From a bacterium (GTDB lineage: Bacteria > Elusimicrobiota > Elusimicrobia > Elusimicrobiales > UBA9959): a stretch of DNA of 64,000 nt. The position numbers and the translations under genes are program-made. The DNA is taken from positions 7,819 through 71,818 of the forward strand of contig JAJZRA010000003.1 in assembly GCA_021847485.1 (NCBI GenBank), read 5' to 3'. A model generated the notes under the pieces. It ran no database searches. It had not been told where the DNA came from and was given only the letters and a program-made list of their open reading frames with translations. Of this stretch, positions 1 to 8,470 are shown in pieces (positions within the stretch are counted from its first letter, which is position 1; each line of letters opens with the position of its first letter).

Positions 1-1
1 G

Positions 2-280
2 CTGCTCGAGCTGGGCGGCCGCACGGTCAAGAACGTGGCCGGCTACGACGCGGTCAGGCTGCTGTGCGGTTCGATGGGCGCCTACGCCGTGATCCTCGCC
101 GCCACCTTCGCGCTTTCCGCCGGCTCGCGCCGCGCGCAGGCCGCCTTCGAGGAGGGGCCGGGCGCGCCCGCCTTCGCCCCCGACCCCTACCAGGTCCGCC
201 TCAAGAGGGCGCTGGACCCCCGCAACCTGCTGAATCCCTGGATCTACGGGGCCGCCGCCGCGGCCGAGGAGCTGCCATGA
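2..280 (+). CDS. FAD-linked oxidase, C-terminal fragment (glycolate oxidase GlcE/GlcD-like); 5' end lies outside the window
   Basis: The frame is open from the window edge (LLELGGRTVKNVAGYD...). The tail ...DPRNLLNP... is typical of FAD-linked oxidase C-terminal domains. The stop overlaps the next start in ATGA (277-280). Confidence 0.6.
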   Translation: MLELGGRTVKNVAGYDAVRLLCGSMGAYAVILAATFALSAGSRRAQAAFEEGPGAPAFAPDPYQVRLKRALDPRNLLNPWIYGAAAAAEELP

Positions 281-1734
281 TCCGCCACGAACGCTTCGCC
301 GAGGACGCGCCCGGGAAGGGCCGCCGTGAGATGGACTCCACCGTGACCACCGCGGTCTCCTCGCACATCCCGAGCGAGACCAACGAGCTCTACGGCCACG
401 AGCGGGCGGACCGCCACCTGGGCGCCCTGCTGACCGACCTCGGGGAGCGGAACCTCTACGACGCCGCCGCGCAGTGCAACCGCTGCGGCTACTGCGAGAC
501 CGTCTGCCCGACCTATATGCTGACCGGGCGCGAGACCATCTCGGCCCGCGGCCGCAACCAGTTCATGCGGATGCTGGTGGAAGGCCGCGCGAAGAACGCC
601 GCCGACGCCGAGGAGGCCCTGTCCACCTGCCTGCTCTGCGGCGCCTGTTCCACCGCCTGCTACGCCAAGGTCCCGACGCCGGACATCGTGCTGGAAGGCC
701 GCCGGGAGCTCAACGGCTACGGCGACAACTTCTTCGCCCGCGCCGCGGTCAGGACGCTGCTGAACGCGCCCGGCCTTTTCGCCTTCTGGCTCAAGCTCGC
801 CTACCTGGTCAAGAAGACCGGCCTGCCCCGCCTGGCGGCGAAGATGGGCCTCTACGACTTCATCGGCATGCCGGCCCTGGCGGAGGCCGAGGGCTCGCTC
901 GACCGGGTGCCGCTGCGCTTCGCGGGCGAGATCTTCCGGAAGGACCCGGCCTTGAGCCCGCACGGCAAGACCGCGGTGAACTGGGCCTACTTCGCGCCCT
1001 GCGGCCCCAACTACGTCTTCACCGACGTGGCGCTGGCGACCGTGCGCGTGCTGCGCCGCTTCGCCGGGGAAGGCGTCTACATCGACAACCAGTGCTGCGG
1101 CCTGATAGCCCACAACTACGGGCGCCTCGAGGACGCCAGGGAGTTCGCCCGCCGCAACATCGAGCGCTACGAGCGCCTGCGGGCGGTCTTCGGCGACTTC
1201 CCGGTGATAGCGGACTGCTCCTCGTGCGCGGCCTTCATGAAGACCTACGAGCAGCTTTTCGCCGGCGACGAGGCCTGGCGCAAACGCGCGGCGGCCTTCG
1301 CCGCGGCCGTCAGGGACATCCTGGAGTTCGTCCCGGCCGACAAGCTGCCGCACGCCGACCCGGCGGCCCTGGAAAAGGCCGGCCGCGTCACCTACCACGA
1401 CTCCTGCCGGGCCTGCCACGGCCAGGGCATCAGGAAGGAGCCCCGCGAGGCCCTGCGCAGGCTGGCCGGCCGCCGGTACGCGGAACTGCCGGAAAGCGAC
1501 TGGTGCTGCGGCGGGGCCGGCGCGTTCGCCTTTACCCAGCCGGAGCTCTCGGCCAAGGTGCTGGACCGCAAGCTGAGGAACATCGCCTCGGTACAGGCCT
1601 CCACCGTGGTCGTGGGCGGCACTTCGTGCCTGGTCCAGATCGGCGCGGGCCTCAAGTCCGCCTATCCTTCGGCCAGGGCGGTGCACTACAGCGTCTTCCT
1701 GGACGAGGCCTCCGGGGCCGCGGAAAAGCCGTAA
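277..1734 (+). CDS. glcF: (Fe-S)-binding oxidoreductase subunit, glycolate oxidase GlcF-like
   Basis: Two ferredoxin-type 4Fe-4S motifs (CNRCGYCETVCP, CLLCGACSTACY) are followed by two Cys-rich CCG-type repeats (NQCCGL, DWCCGGAG). ORF 64..1734 was trimmed to the ATG overlapping the upstream stop. Confidence 0.8.
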   Translation: MIRHERFAEDAPGKGRREMDSTVTTAVSSHIPSETNELYGHERADRHLGALLTDLGERNLYDAAAQCNRCGYCETVCPTYMLTGRETISARGRNQFMRMLVEGRAKNAADAEEALSTCLLCGACSTACYAKVPTPDIVLEGRRELNGYGDNFFARAAVRTLLNAPGLFAFWLKLAYLVKKTGLPRLAAKMGLYDFIGMPALAEAEGSLDRVPLRFAGEIFRKDPALSPHGKTAVNWAYFAPCGPNYVFTDVALATVRVLRRFAGEGVYIDNQCCGLIAHNYGRLEDAREFARRNIERYERLRAVFGDFPVIADCSSCAAFMKTYEQLFAGDEAWRKRAAAFAAAVRDILEFVPADKLPHADPAALEKAGRVTYHDSCRACHGQGIRKEPREALRRLAGRRYAELPESDWCCGGAGAFAFTQPELSAKVLDRKLRNIASVQASTVVVGGTSCLVQIGAGLKSAYPSARAVHYSVFLDEASGAAEKP

Positions 1735-1755
1735 TTTTTACCGGCAGGATAATGC

Positions 1756-1761
1756 TAAAAT
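1756..1761 (+). promoter_or_regulatory. Candidate -10 box TAAAAT, 6 nt upstream of the ATG at 1768 (possible leaderless start)
   Basis: AT-rich hexamer in an otherwise GC-rich context, with no Shine-Dalgarno between it and the ATG. An alternative GATAAT lies at 1748-1753. Confidence 0.35.
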
Positions 1762-1767
1762 AGATTT

Positions 1768-2928
1768 ATGACCAGGGCGGAAGAACTGGAGAACAGGCTG
1801 CGCCAGCTCGTGTACTTCGGAGGGGCGGTCTCGAAGGAGACCAACCTGACGAAGCTGCTCGAGCTCATAGCCGACCAGGTGAAGACCATCCTCAACTGCG
1901 ACCGCTGCAGCGTCTTCATCATGGACCGCCAGACCAACGAGCTCTGGAGCAAGGTCGCGCTAGGCATGCAGCATACCGAGATCCGCGTGCCGTTCGGCAA
2001 GGGGATCGTCGGCCACGTGGCCTCCTCCGGCCAGACGGTCAACATCAAGGACGCCTACCAGGACGAACGCTTCACCCACGATATCGACCGCCTGACCGGC
2101 TACCGCACGCGCAGCATCCTGGCCGTACCGCTCAAGAACGTCGGCGGCAGCATCATCGGCGTCTTCGAGGCGATGAACAAGGCCGGCCTGCCCTTCGACG
2201 GGGACGACGAGGGCATCCTGCAGCTTATCAGCTCGCTGGCCGCCTCGGCCATCGAGAACGCCCAGCTCTACGAGAGCCTCTCCAAGTCCCAGCTCGAGAC
2301 CATCTACCGCCTGGCCGTCACGGCCGAGTACCGCGACCAGCAGGACACGGCCATCCACCTGCGGCACATCAGCGAGTACTCCGCGCTGATCGCGCAGGGC
2401 CTCGGGATGCCGGAGCGGGAGATCGAGAACATCCGCTACGCCAGCCCGCTGCACGACATCGGCAAGGTCGGCATCGCCGACGCGATCCTCCTGAAGCCCG
2501 GCAAGCTCACCGCCGAGGAGTTCGAGGAGATGAAGAAGCACACGATCTACGGCTCCAAGATCCTCTGCAACGCCGAGAGCCACCTGCTGCAGGTGGCCTG
2601 CAAGGTGGCCGGCTCGCACCACGAGAAGTTCGACGGGAGCGGCTATCCGTCGCGGCTGAAGGGCGACCAGATCCCCCTCTACGCCAGGATAGTCTCCGTG
2701 GCCGACGTGTTCGACGCGCTGTGCATGCCGCGCGTCTACAAGCCGAAATGGGACCCCGAGAAGGCCCGCGAGTACATCCTCGAGGAGAGCGGCAAGTCCT
2801 TCGACCCGGTCGTAGTGGAGGCCTTCGGGAAGGTCTACGGCGAGATCCTGAAGATGCACGCCCTGGGCGACGGCAAGAGCACTATCATCCCGGGCATCAC
2901 GCGGGAGCTGCACCGTCACAACTTCTGA
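1768..2928 (+). CDS. GAF domain / HD-GYP domain protein (probable c-di-GMP phosphodiesterase)
   Basis: N-terminal GAF-like region. The C-terminal region carries HD (PLHDIGK) and HHEKFDGSGYP motifs. Confidence 0.85.
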   Translation: MTRAEELENRLRQLVYFGGAVSKETNLTKLLELIADQVKTILNCDRCSVFIMDRQTNELWSKVALGMQHTEIRVPFGKGIVGHVASSGQTVNIKDAYQDERFTHDIDRLTGYRTRSILAVPLKNVGGSIIGVFEAMNKAGLPFDGDDEGILQLISSLAASAIENAQLYESLSKSQLETIYRLAVTAEYRDQQDTAIHLRHISEYSALIAQGLGMPEREIENIRYASPLHDIGKVGIADAILLKPGKLTAEEFEEMKKHTIYGSKILCNAESHLLQVACKVAGSHHEKFDGSGYPSRLKGDQIPLYARIVSVADVFDALCMPRVYKPKWDPEKAREYILEESGKSFDPVVVEAFGKVYGEILKMHALGDGKSTIIPGITRELHRHNF

Positions 2929-2949
2929 CCGGCCGGCAGCGCGCGCCCG

Positions 2950-2976
2950 GGGCCTGAAACTTTCAGGCCCTTTTTT
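2950..2976 (+). terminator. Rho-independent terminator
   Basis: GGGCCTG-N7-CAGGCCC stem followed by TTTTTT, about 20 nt after the stop at 2928. Confidence 0.75.
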
Positions 2977-3014
2977 CCATCTAAAGGATAACGACGAGCT
3001 ATAAGGAGAAAGAC

Positions 3015-3404
3015 ATGAGCGACATGGAAATAACGTTCCCCGGCGGCAAGAAGGTCAACGCGCTCTGGCACGGCTTCGAGATAGCCACCGACCAGCCCGC
3101 CCCCGTCGGCGAAGGCGCGGCCCCGACCCCCTTCGACCTGTTCCTGGCTTCGCTCGGCACCTGCGCCGGCATCTTCGCGCTGGGCTTCATCCAGAGCCGC
3201 GGCCTCAGCGCCGAGGGCCTGGGCATCTCCGTTTCCTTCGAGCGTAACGAGGAGACCCACCTGCTGTCGAAAGCGGTCTTCCGGATCAAGCTGCCCAAGG
3301 ACTTCCCGCCCAAGTACAAGGACGCCGTGATAAAGGCGGCCGAGCAGTGCCTGGTGAAGCGGACGATGGACAACCCGCCCGCCTTCGAGATCACGGCCGG
3401 CTAG
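3015..3404 (+). CDS. OsmC/Ohr-family protein
   Basis: 129 aa with PFDLFLASLGTCAGI and AAEQCLV Cys-containing motifs typical of the OsmC fold. AAGGAG RBS lies 6 nt upstream. Confidence 0.75.
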   Translation: MSDMEITFPGGKKVNALWHGFEIATDQPAPVGEGAAPTPFDLFLASLGTCAGIFALGFIQSRGLSAEGLGISVSFERNEETHLLSKAVFRIKLPKDFPPKYKDAVIKAAEQCLVKRTMDNPPAFEITAG

Positions 3405-3417
3405 GCGCGGTATTTAC

Positions 3418-3423
3418 TAGAAT
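3418..3423 (+). promoter_or_regulatory. Candidate -10 box TAGAAT, 6 nt upstream of the GTG start at 3430
   Basis: Isolated AT-rich hexamer. Same spacing pattern as several other genes in the window. Confidence 0.3.
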
Positions 3424-3429
3424 ATCAGG

Positions 3430-4128
3430 GTGGACCCGGAAGTCTCTGTCATAATCCCCTGCCTGGACGAGGCCGCCAACGCGGCCTCTTACGGCGGGAC
3501 GCTGCTGGAGCCGCTGCGCGCGGCCCTGCCCTCTTTCGAGCTGATCTTCTCCGACGGCGGCAGCGCCGACGGCACGGTGGACCGCCTGTGGGAGCTGGCC
3601 GGGCGCTACCCGGGCGTCTCGGCGCTGGCCGGCGGCAGCTACTCTTTCCGGGCCTCGCTGGAACGCGCCGTAGCGGCGGCCCGCGGCCGCTATATCCTCT
3701 TCATGGAGGCGGACCTCTCTTTCGACCCGGCCGACGCGGCGCGGCTGCTGGCCGAGGCGCGCGCCTCGGGGGCGGACTGCGTGTGCGGCTCGCCGTTCCG
3801 CGGCGGCTTCGAGGGCCTGCCGGCCGGCCGGCGCCTGCTGACGTCCGCCGCCAACCTGCTGCTGCGCCTGCGCTTCGGCCCGCGCCTCACCTCCTACACC
3901 CAGATCTTCAAGCTCTACCGGGCCGACAGGCTCAAGACCCTCCGCTTCGAGACCGAGGGCTTCGCGCTGGACGCCGAGCTGCTCATCAAGTTCCTCAGGC
4001 GGGGCTGGAAAGTGACCGAGGTCCCCGTCACCATGCGCGCCCGCCGCGCCGGCGCCTCCAAGCTGGCCGCCGGCCGCGAAACCCTCAACTGCCTAAAGCT
4101 CCTCCTCCGCCGCGACTTCTCAGCCTGA
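3430..4128 (+). CDS. Glycosyltransferase family 2 (polyprenyl-phosphate sugar synthase-like, divergent DXD)
   Basis: VSVIIPCLDE N-terminus, SDGGSADGT and FMEADLS motifs. GT2 size and fold pattern. GTG start. Confidence 0.65.
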   Translation: MDPEVSVIIPCLDEAANAASYGGTLLEPLRAALPSFELIFSDGGSADGTVDRLWELAGRYPGVSALAGGSYSFRASLERAVAAARGRYILFMEADLSFDPADAARLLAEARASGADCVCGSPFRGGFEGLPAGRRLLTSAANLLLRLRFGPRLTSYTQIFKLYRADRLKTLRFETEGFALDAELLIKFLRRGWKVTEVPVTMRARRAGASKLAAGRETLNCLKLLLRRDFSA

Positions 4129-4142
4129 AATAACATAAGCCC

Positions 4143-4570
4143 GCCACGGGCCCGGGGGCCGGAAAAACCGGGGGTCGGTCCACCAAGTGAATGGGCCCGT
4201 CGGGCACGCTATCGGCCACACCGTGGCCGCGCTCCCGCTCGGGCTTGAACGCTGAATTGTGTCGCCTGCTCCGCAGGCTCCACCCGGCGCTGCGCAAGCC
4301 TCGCCCTGCGCGAGGGCCCGCCGACCCCATCCACTTGGCGTCCCGCCAGAACCCGGAGGGCCGGCAAGGGTATGCCTTTCGAGGGATGTCGCGGAAGGTC
4401 CGGCTTGCGTAAGCGCCGGACCCGAGCGATCAAGGCGCGGGCACGGTGGCCGTCTGTGGCGCATAGCGCCTGTTACGGCACGGCCATAGGCCAGTGCGCG
4501 ACGCCGGTTTTTCCGGCCCCCGGGCCCGTGGCAGGCCAAACGAGCTACGGGCACACCCACTTGGTGGACC
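4143..4570. repeat. Composite non-coding, highly self-complementary element (copy 1; contains the 145-nt core 4363-4507)
   Basis: 29-bp perfect inverted repeat (4143-4171 / 4504-4532). 13-bp perfect inverted repeat (4177-4189 / 4558-4570). Hairpins at 4214-4228, 4264-4278 and 4303-4317. The core is about 90% identical to 33773-33916. Only GC-shadow ORFs cross it. Confidence 0.8.
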
Positions 4571-4601
4571 TACTTGATTTATCACGGGGAGAAAGACGGA
4601 A

Positions 4602-5639
4602 CTAGATGCGGATCTTGGCTATGGCGAGGCCGATGAGGATGAACTCCAGGCCGAGGACGGCGACTATCAGGACGCCCCAGGCGAGCGGGACCTGCGTCAT
4701 CAGCCAGGCGAAGAGGCTCAGGAGCAGCGTAGCCAGGGAGGCCAGCCGCACGACCTGGCGCCGCGTGAAGCCGATCTTCTCCAGCCGCAGCGCGAAGTGG
4801 TCCTTGCTGCCGAGGAACGGCGAGTGCCCGCGGCGCAGCCGCATCACCGAGACGAAGACCGTATCGTAGATCGGCACCGCCAGGATGAACAGCGGCGCGT
4901 AGACGCCGAGCGGGTTGACGTCGGAATAGCGGGTGCCGAGCGCCACCACGGCCAGCACGAAGCCGCACAGCAGGCTGCCCGAGTCCCCCATGAAGATCTT
5001 CAGGCCCTTCGACAGGTTGTACGGCAGGAAGCCGAGCACCGCGCCGGCCAGCGCGGCCGAGGCGAAATTGACGTAGATGGCCTCCGACGGGAACGCTATC
5101 AGCAGGAAGCCGAAGGCCGCCAGCGCGGCCTGGCCGGCGGAAAGCCCGTCCATGATGTCGATGATGTTGAAAGCGTTGGAGACGCCGACTATCCACAGCA
5201 CGGTCAGCGCGAACGACACGTACTCCGGCTGGATGAAATGGATGCGGATGCCGTAGAGCGCCGTGAAGAGCGCCACGATGAACTGCACCGCGAACTTGGT
5301 CTTGAACCCGAGGCCGTGCGGCTTGTACATGTCGTCGATGAAGCCGAGCGTGAACATCACGCCGCCGCCCAGCAGCAGGATGCGCAGGTCGTGCAGCGTA
5401 CCCGTGGGGAAGGAGGTATAGAGGCGCATCACCACGAGCGACACGGCGAAGGCCGCGAAGATGGCCGTCCCGCCCAGCAGCGGCGTCGGGTGCTTGTGCG
5501 TCTTGATGTCGGTAGGCGTATCGACGTGGCCGTAGCGCAGCGCCAGCGCCCTCAGCAGCGGCGTGACGCCCAGCGAGATGGCCAGCGGCAGCGCGAAGGC
5601 CATCAGGTAGTGGATAAAATTGCGGCTCAGGTCATTCAT
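4602..5639 (-). CDS. Polyprenyl-phosphate HexNAc-1-phosphate transferase (WecA/MraY family, GT4)
   Basis: Multi-TM protein with HKHPTPLLGG, NAFNIIDIMDGLS and FMGDSGS motifs. Confidence 0.85.
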   Translation of the reverse strand: MNDLSRNFIHYLMAFALPLAISLGVTPLLRALALRYGHVDTPTDIKTHKHPTPLLGGTAIFAAFAVSLVVMRLYTSFPTGTLHDLRILLLGGGVMFTLGFIDDMYKPHGLGFKTKFAVQFIVALFTALYGIRIHFIQPEYVSFALTVLWIVGVSNAFNIIDIMDGLSAGQAALAAFGFLLIAFPSEAIYVNFASAALAGAVLGFLPYNLSKGLKIFMGDSGSLLCGFVLAVVALGTRYSDVNPLGVYAPLFILAVPIYDTVFVSVMRLRRGHSPFLGSKDHFALRLEKIGFTRRQVVRLASLATLLLSLFAWLMTQVPLAWGVLIVAVLGLEFILIGLAIAKIRI

Positions 5640-6501
5640 ACTGTTTCAGCAGGACCGCTATTTTTCGCAGGCTCCCGTCCACTGGCGGCAGCCTCCGGCC
5701 CAGCGCGGCCTCCAGTTTATCGGTCTTCAGCCCGGCCTTCAGCGGCCGGGCGGCGGCCTGCCCCAGCTCCGAAGTCGGGACGCGGTCCAGGAAATCGGGC
5801 TCGAAGCCGAAGGCCGCGCAGGCCTTCAGCGCGAACTCCCAGCGGCTCAGCCAGTCCGGCCCGACGACGTTGTAGACTCCGGAGGCGCCTTTTTCCGCCA
5901 GGTCCAGCGCCGCGGCCGCCAGGTCCGGGGCGTAGGTAGGGTTGGAATACTGGTCGTACGGCACGCGCAGCCTGGCGCCCGAGCGCCGGCTGCTGATCAG
6001 CTGCATGACGAAGTTCTTGGAGGCCGGGTTATAGCTGTAGACGACCGTGGTGCGCAGCGCGAGGCCGCCCTTCAGCGCCAGCACCGCCCGCTCCCCCTCC
6101 AGCTTGGTCCGGCCGTAGACGCTGACCGGGGCGGGCGCGTCCTCCTCGGAATAGGGCCCGGCCGCGCCGTCGAAGACGTACTCGGTGGAGAAATAGACCA
6201 GCTTCGCGCCGCCCTTGCGGCATTCCTCCGCCGCCAGCGCCGGCCCTTCGGCGTTGATCCTGCGGGCCAGCTCCGGGTCGCGTTCGCAGTTGTCCACGTG
6301 CGTCATCGCCGAGCACAGCAGCACCAGGTCCGGGCGGGCCTTATCGAAAGCGGCGGTTATGGACGAGGGGACGCCCAGGTCGAGATTGAGAAAACCCTGG
6401 CCCTTGCGGGAGGTCCCGTAGACCTCTATCTTGCGCCGGACGCAGAGCGAGGCCAGCGCGCCGCCGACCTGCCCCGAGGCCCCTATGATCAGCGCCCTCA
6501 T
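5632..6501 (-). CDS. RmlD-like NDP-4-keto-sugar reductase (SDR family)
   Basis: GASGQVG Rossmann loop and YGRTK (YxxxK) catalytic motif. About 290 aa, as for dTDP-4-dehydrorhamnose reductases. Confidence 0.75.
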   Translation of the reverse strand: MRALIIGASGQVGGALASLCVRRKIEVYGTSRKGQGFLNLDLGVPSSITAAFDKARPDLVLLCSAMTHVDNCERDPELARRINAEGPALAAEECRKGGAKLVYFSTEYVFDGAAGPYSEEDAPAPVSVYGRTKLEGERAVLALKGGLALRTTVVYSYNPASKNFVMQLISSRRSGARLRVPYDQYSNPTYAPDLAAAALDLAEKGASGVYNVVGPDWLSRWEFALKACAAFGFEPDFLDRVPTSELGQAAARPLKAGLKTDKLEAALGRRLPPVDGSLRKIAVLLKQYE

Positions 6502-7214
6502 CCGGCGAAGTCCGCCCGGCGCAGGGAGAGCCTGAGCGCCAGGATCTTGAGCACGCCCTTCACGGCGTCCCGGTAGTTTATCTTCTTGCCCTCCGTCCGG
6601 GAACGGGAGGCGTAGACGATGGGCAGCTCCTCGTAGCGCAGCCCGAGGAAGGCGGTCTTGCAGGAGAGCTCGGCCTCTATCTCGAAGCCCGTGGACTCTA
6701 TCTTCATCTTCCTGAGCAGCGGGGTACGGAAGGCCTTGTAGCAGGTATAGGAATCTGTTATCCGGGCGCCGAACAGGAGGTCCACCAGGAAGGTAAGGAA
6801 CTTGTTGCCGGCCAGGTAGACGCGGCTATAGGTGTAGGTCCTGGCGGTCAGCATGCGCGTGCCGAACACGGCGTCGGCGCGGCCCTCGGCGATGGGCCGC
6901 ACGAGGTCCGGGATCTGGGCCGGGTCGTATTCCAGGTCCGCGTCCTGCACGATGGTGATGTCCCCGGAAGCCGCGGCGAAGCCGGTGATCAGCGCGCCGC
7001 CCTTGCCCCTGTTCTTCTCGTGCTTTATCACTTTCAGCTCGAAAGGGAACTCGCGGTCCGCGGCGGCCCGGTCCAGCCATTCCCTGGTGCCGTCCCTGGA
7101 ACCGTCGTCCACCACGATCACTTCCTTCTCCAGCGGGAGCGGGGCCAGCGCCTTCAGGACGGCCGGCAGCGTACGCATCTCGTTGTAGGAGGGGATGACT
7201 ATAGTGGTCTTCAC
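6498..7214 (-). CDS. Glycosyltransferase family 2 (short polyprenyl-phosphate glycosyltransferase type)
   Basis: VIPSYNE, VVDDGSRDGT and QDADLEYDP motifs. Trimmed from the chimeric ORF 6498..8450 to the GTG at 7214. Paralogous to 10172..10849. Confidence 0.75.
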   Translation of the reverse strand: MKTTIVIPSYNEMRTLPAVLKALAPLPLEKEVIVVDDGSRDGTREWLDRAAADREFPFELKVIKHEKNRGKGGALITGFAAASGDITIVQDADLEYDPAQIPDLVRPIAEGRADAVFGTRMLTARTYTYSRVYLAGNKFLTFLVDLLFGARITDSYTCYKAFRTPLLRKMKIESTGFEIEAELSCKTAFLGLRYEELPIVYASRSRTEGKKINYRDAVKGVLKILALRLSLRRADFAG

Positions 7215-7325
7215 AGGGGAAATTATAACAAAAGAGGCGGGCAGGCCCAAAAGCGCGCGCATAGCGCTGGCGGACCGGGGTTTTATATAATAAATAATAT
7301 CGGTTTCGGTAATACGGAGGAAATC

Positions 7326-8456
7326 ATGAAAGTACCTATGGTAGACATGCTGGCCGGCTATCCCCCCATCAAGGACGAGGTGGAGGCCGCCGTCAAGCGC
7401 GTTTTCGACAAGGCCCATTTCATACTCGGCGAGGACGTGACCAAGTTCGAGACCGAGTTCGCCGCCCACAACGGCGCCAAGTACTGCGTCGGCGTGGCCA
7501 ACGGCACCGACGCGCTGCGCATGGCCTACATCGCCAGCGGCATCAAGAAGGGCGACGAGGTCATCACCTCCCCGTTCACCTTCATCGCCACCTCCGAGAC
7601 CATCTCGCAGATCGGCGCGGTCCCGGTGTTCGCCGACATAGACCCGGTCACCTACAACCTCGACCCGAAGTCGGTCGAGAAGAAGATCACCCCCAAGACC
7701 CGCGCGATCGTGCCGGTGCACCTCTACGGCATGCCTTGCGACATGGACGCGATCATGGCCATCGCCAAGAAGCATAACCTGATCGTCGTCGAGGACACCG
7801 CGCAGGCCTTCACCGGCAAGTACAAGCCGGCCGCCGGCGACTGGAAGTACCTCGGCACGATGGGCCACTGCGGCACCTTCAGTTTCTTCCCCGCCAAGAA
7901 CCTCGGCGCCTTCGGCGACGGCGGCGCGGTGCTGACCAACGACGACAAGATCCACGAGACCTTGAAGCAGCTCCGCAACCACGGCAGCAAGGTGCGCTAC
8001 CACCACGAGATGGAGGGCTTCAACAGCCGCCTCGACACCGTGCAGGCCGCTATCCTTTCGATCCGCCTCAAGCACGTGGAGAAGTGGACCGAGATGCGCA
8101 ACAAGGTGGCCGCCAGGTACGCCGAGCAGCTCAAGGGCGTCTGCGAGACCCCGGTCGTGCCGGCCAACGCCCGCCACTCGTTCAACTACTACACGATCCG
8201 CTTCGACAGCAAGGCCAAGCGCGACAACGCGCAGAAGCACCTGACCGAGCTCGGCATCGCCAACCAGATCTACTACCCGATCGCGCTGCACCTGCAGGAG
8301 GCCTACGCGCACCTCGGCGGCAAGAAGGGCGACCTGCCCGCCTGCGACAGGGTGCAGGACACGGTCTTCTCGCTGCCGATGTTCCCCGAGCTGACGGACG
8401 AGCAGATCAAGGCCGTGACCGACGCGGTCAAGGACTCGCTGAAGGTGCACGCCTGA
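7326..8456 (+). CDS. DegT/DnrJ/EryC1/StrS-family PLP-dependent sugar aminotransferase
   Basis: GDEVITSPFTFIAT and SFFPAKNLGAFGDGGAV (PLP-Lys) motifs. GGAGG RBS upstream of the ATG at 7326. Confidence 0.9.
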   Translation: MKVPMVDMLAGYPPIKDEVEAAVKRVFDKAHFILGEDVTKFETEFAAHNGAKYCVGVANGTDALRMAYIASGIKKGDEVITSPFTFIATSETISQIGAVPVFADIDPVTYNLDPKSVEKKITPKTRAIVPVHLYGMPCDMDAIMAIAKKHNLIVVEDTAQAFTGKYKPAAGDWKYLGTMGHCGTFSFFPAKNLGAFGDGGAVLTNDDKIHETLKQLRNHGSKVRYHHEMEGFNSRLDTVQAAILSIRLKHVEKWTEMRNKVAARYAEQLKGVCETPVVPANARHSFNYYTIRFDSKAKRDNAQKHLTELGIANQIYYPIALHLQEAYAHLGGKKGDLPACDRVQDTVFSLPMFPELTDEQIKAVTDAVKDSLKVHA

Positions 8457-8470
8457 GGCGCGGAGGGACG

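Noticed and set aside
4347-4407. RNase P RNA-like strings: CAGAACCCGG (like CR-V ACAGAACCCGGCUUA) and GGAAGGUCCGG (like CR-I GAGGAAAGUCCGGGC).
   Set aside because: The order is wrong, with the CR-V-like string preceding the CR-I-like one. The flanking consensus is absent. GGUCCGGC forms its own local hairpin. The element is present twice, and copy 2 lacks the CR-V-like string.
4441-4500. Possible cobalamin riboswitch (minus-strand GCACUGGCC resembles the B12-box GCCACUG), tempting because B12-type radical SAM genes are nearby.
   Set aside because: There are no GGGAAG or other conserved cobalamin-riboswitch blocks. The element is not upstream of any gene in that orientation. G-U evidence in copy 2 favours the plus strand.
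4120-4560. 146-aa minus-strand ORF through the structured element. A related stretch (…RRRALAYGRAV..AMRHRRPPCPRL.RSGPALTQAGP…) appears in ORF 33739..34347.
   Set aside because: The composition is Arg/Pro/Gly-rich GC-shadow. The two copies differ by a 1-nt indel that shifts the frame (…PSATSLERH versus …PERHPSKG). There is no start context or RBS. The apparent conservation is explained by nucleotide-level repeat identity.
6498-8450. 650-aa minus-strand ORF spanning the GT2 gene and the antisense of degT. Similar chimeric ORFs are 64..1734, 7020..8456, 8084..9460, 13312..14736, 15487..17502, 21484..23373, 34943..37063 and 50642..53161.
   Set aside because: Only the 3' portions carry recognisable domains. 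The 5' portions are shadow sequence crossing neighbouring genes or intergenic promoters. Starts were re-set to the first start codon consistent with homology, an RBS or an ATGA coupling.
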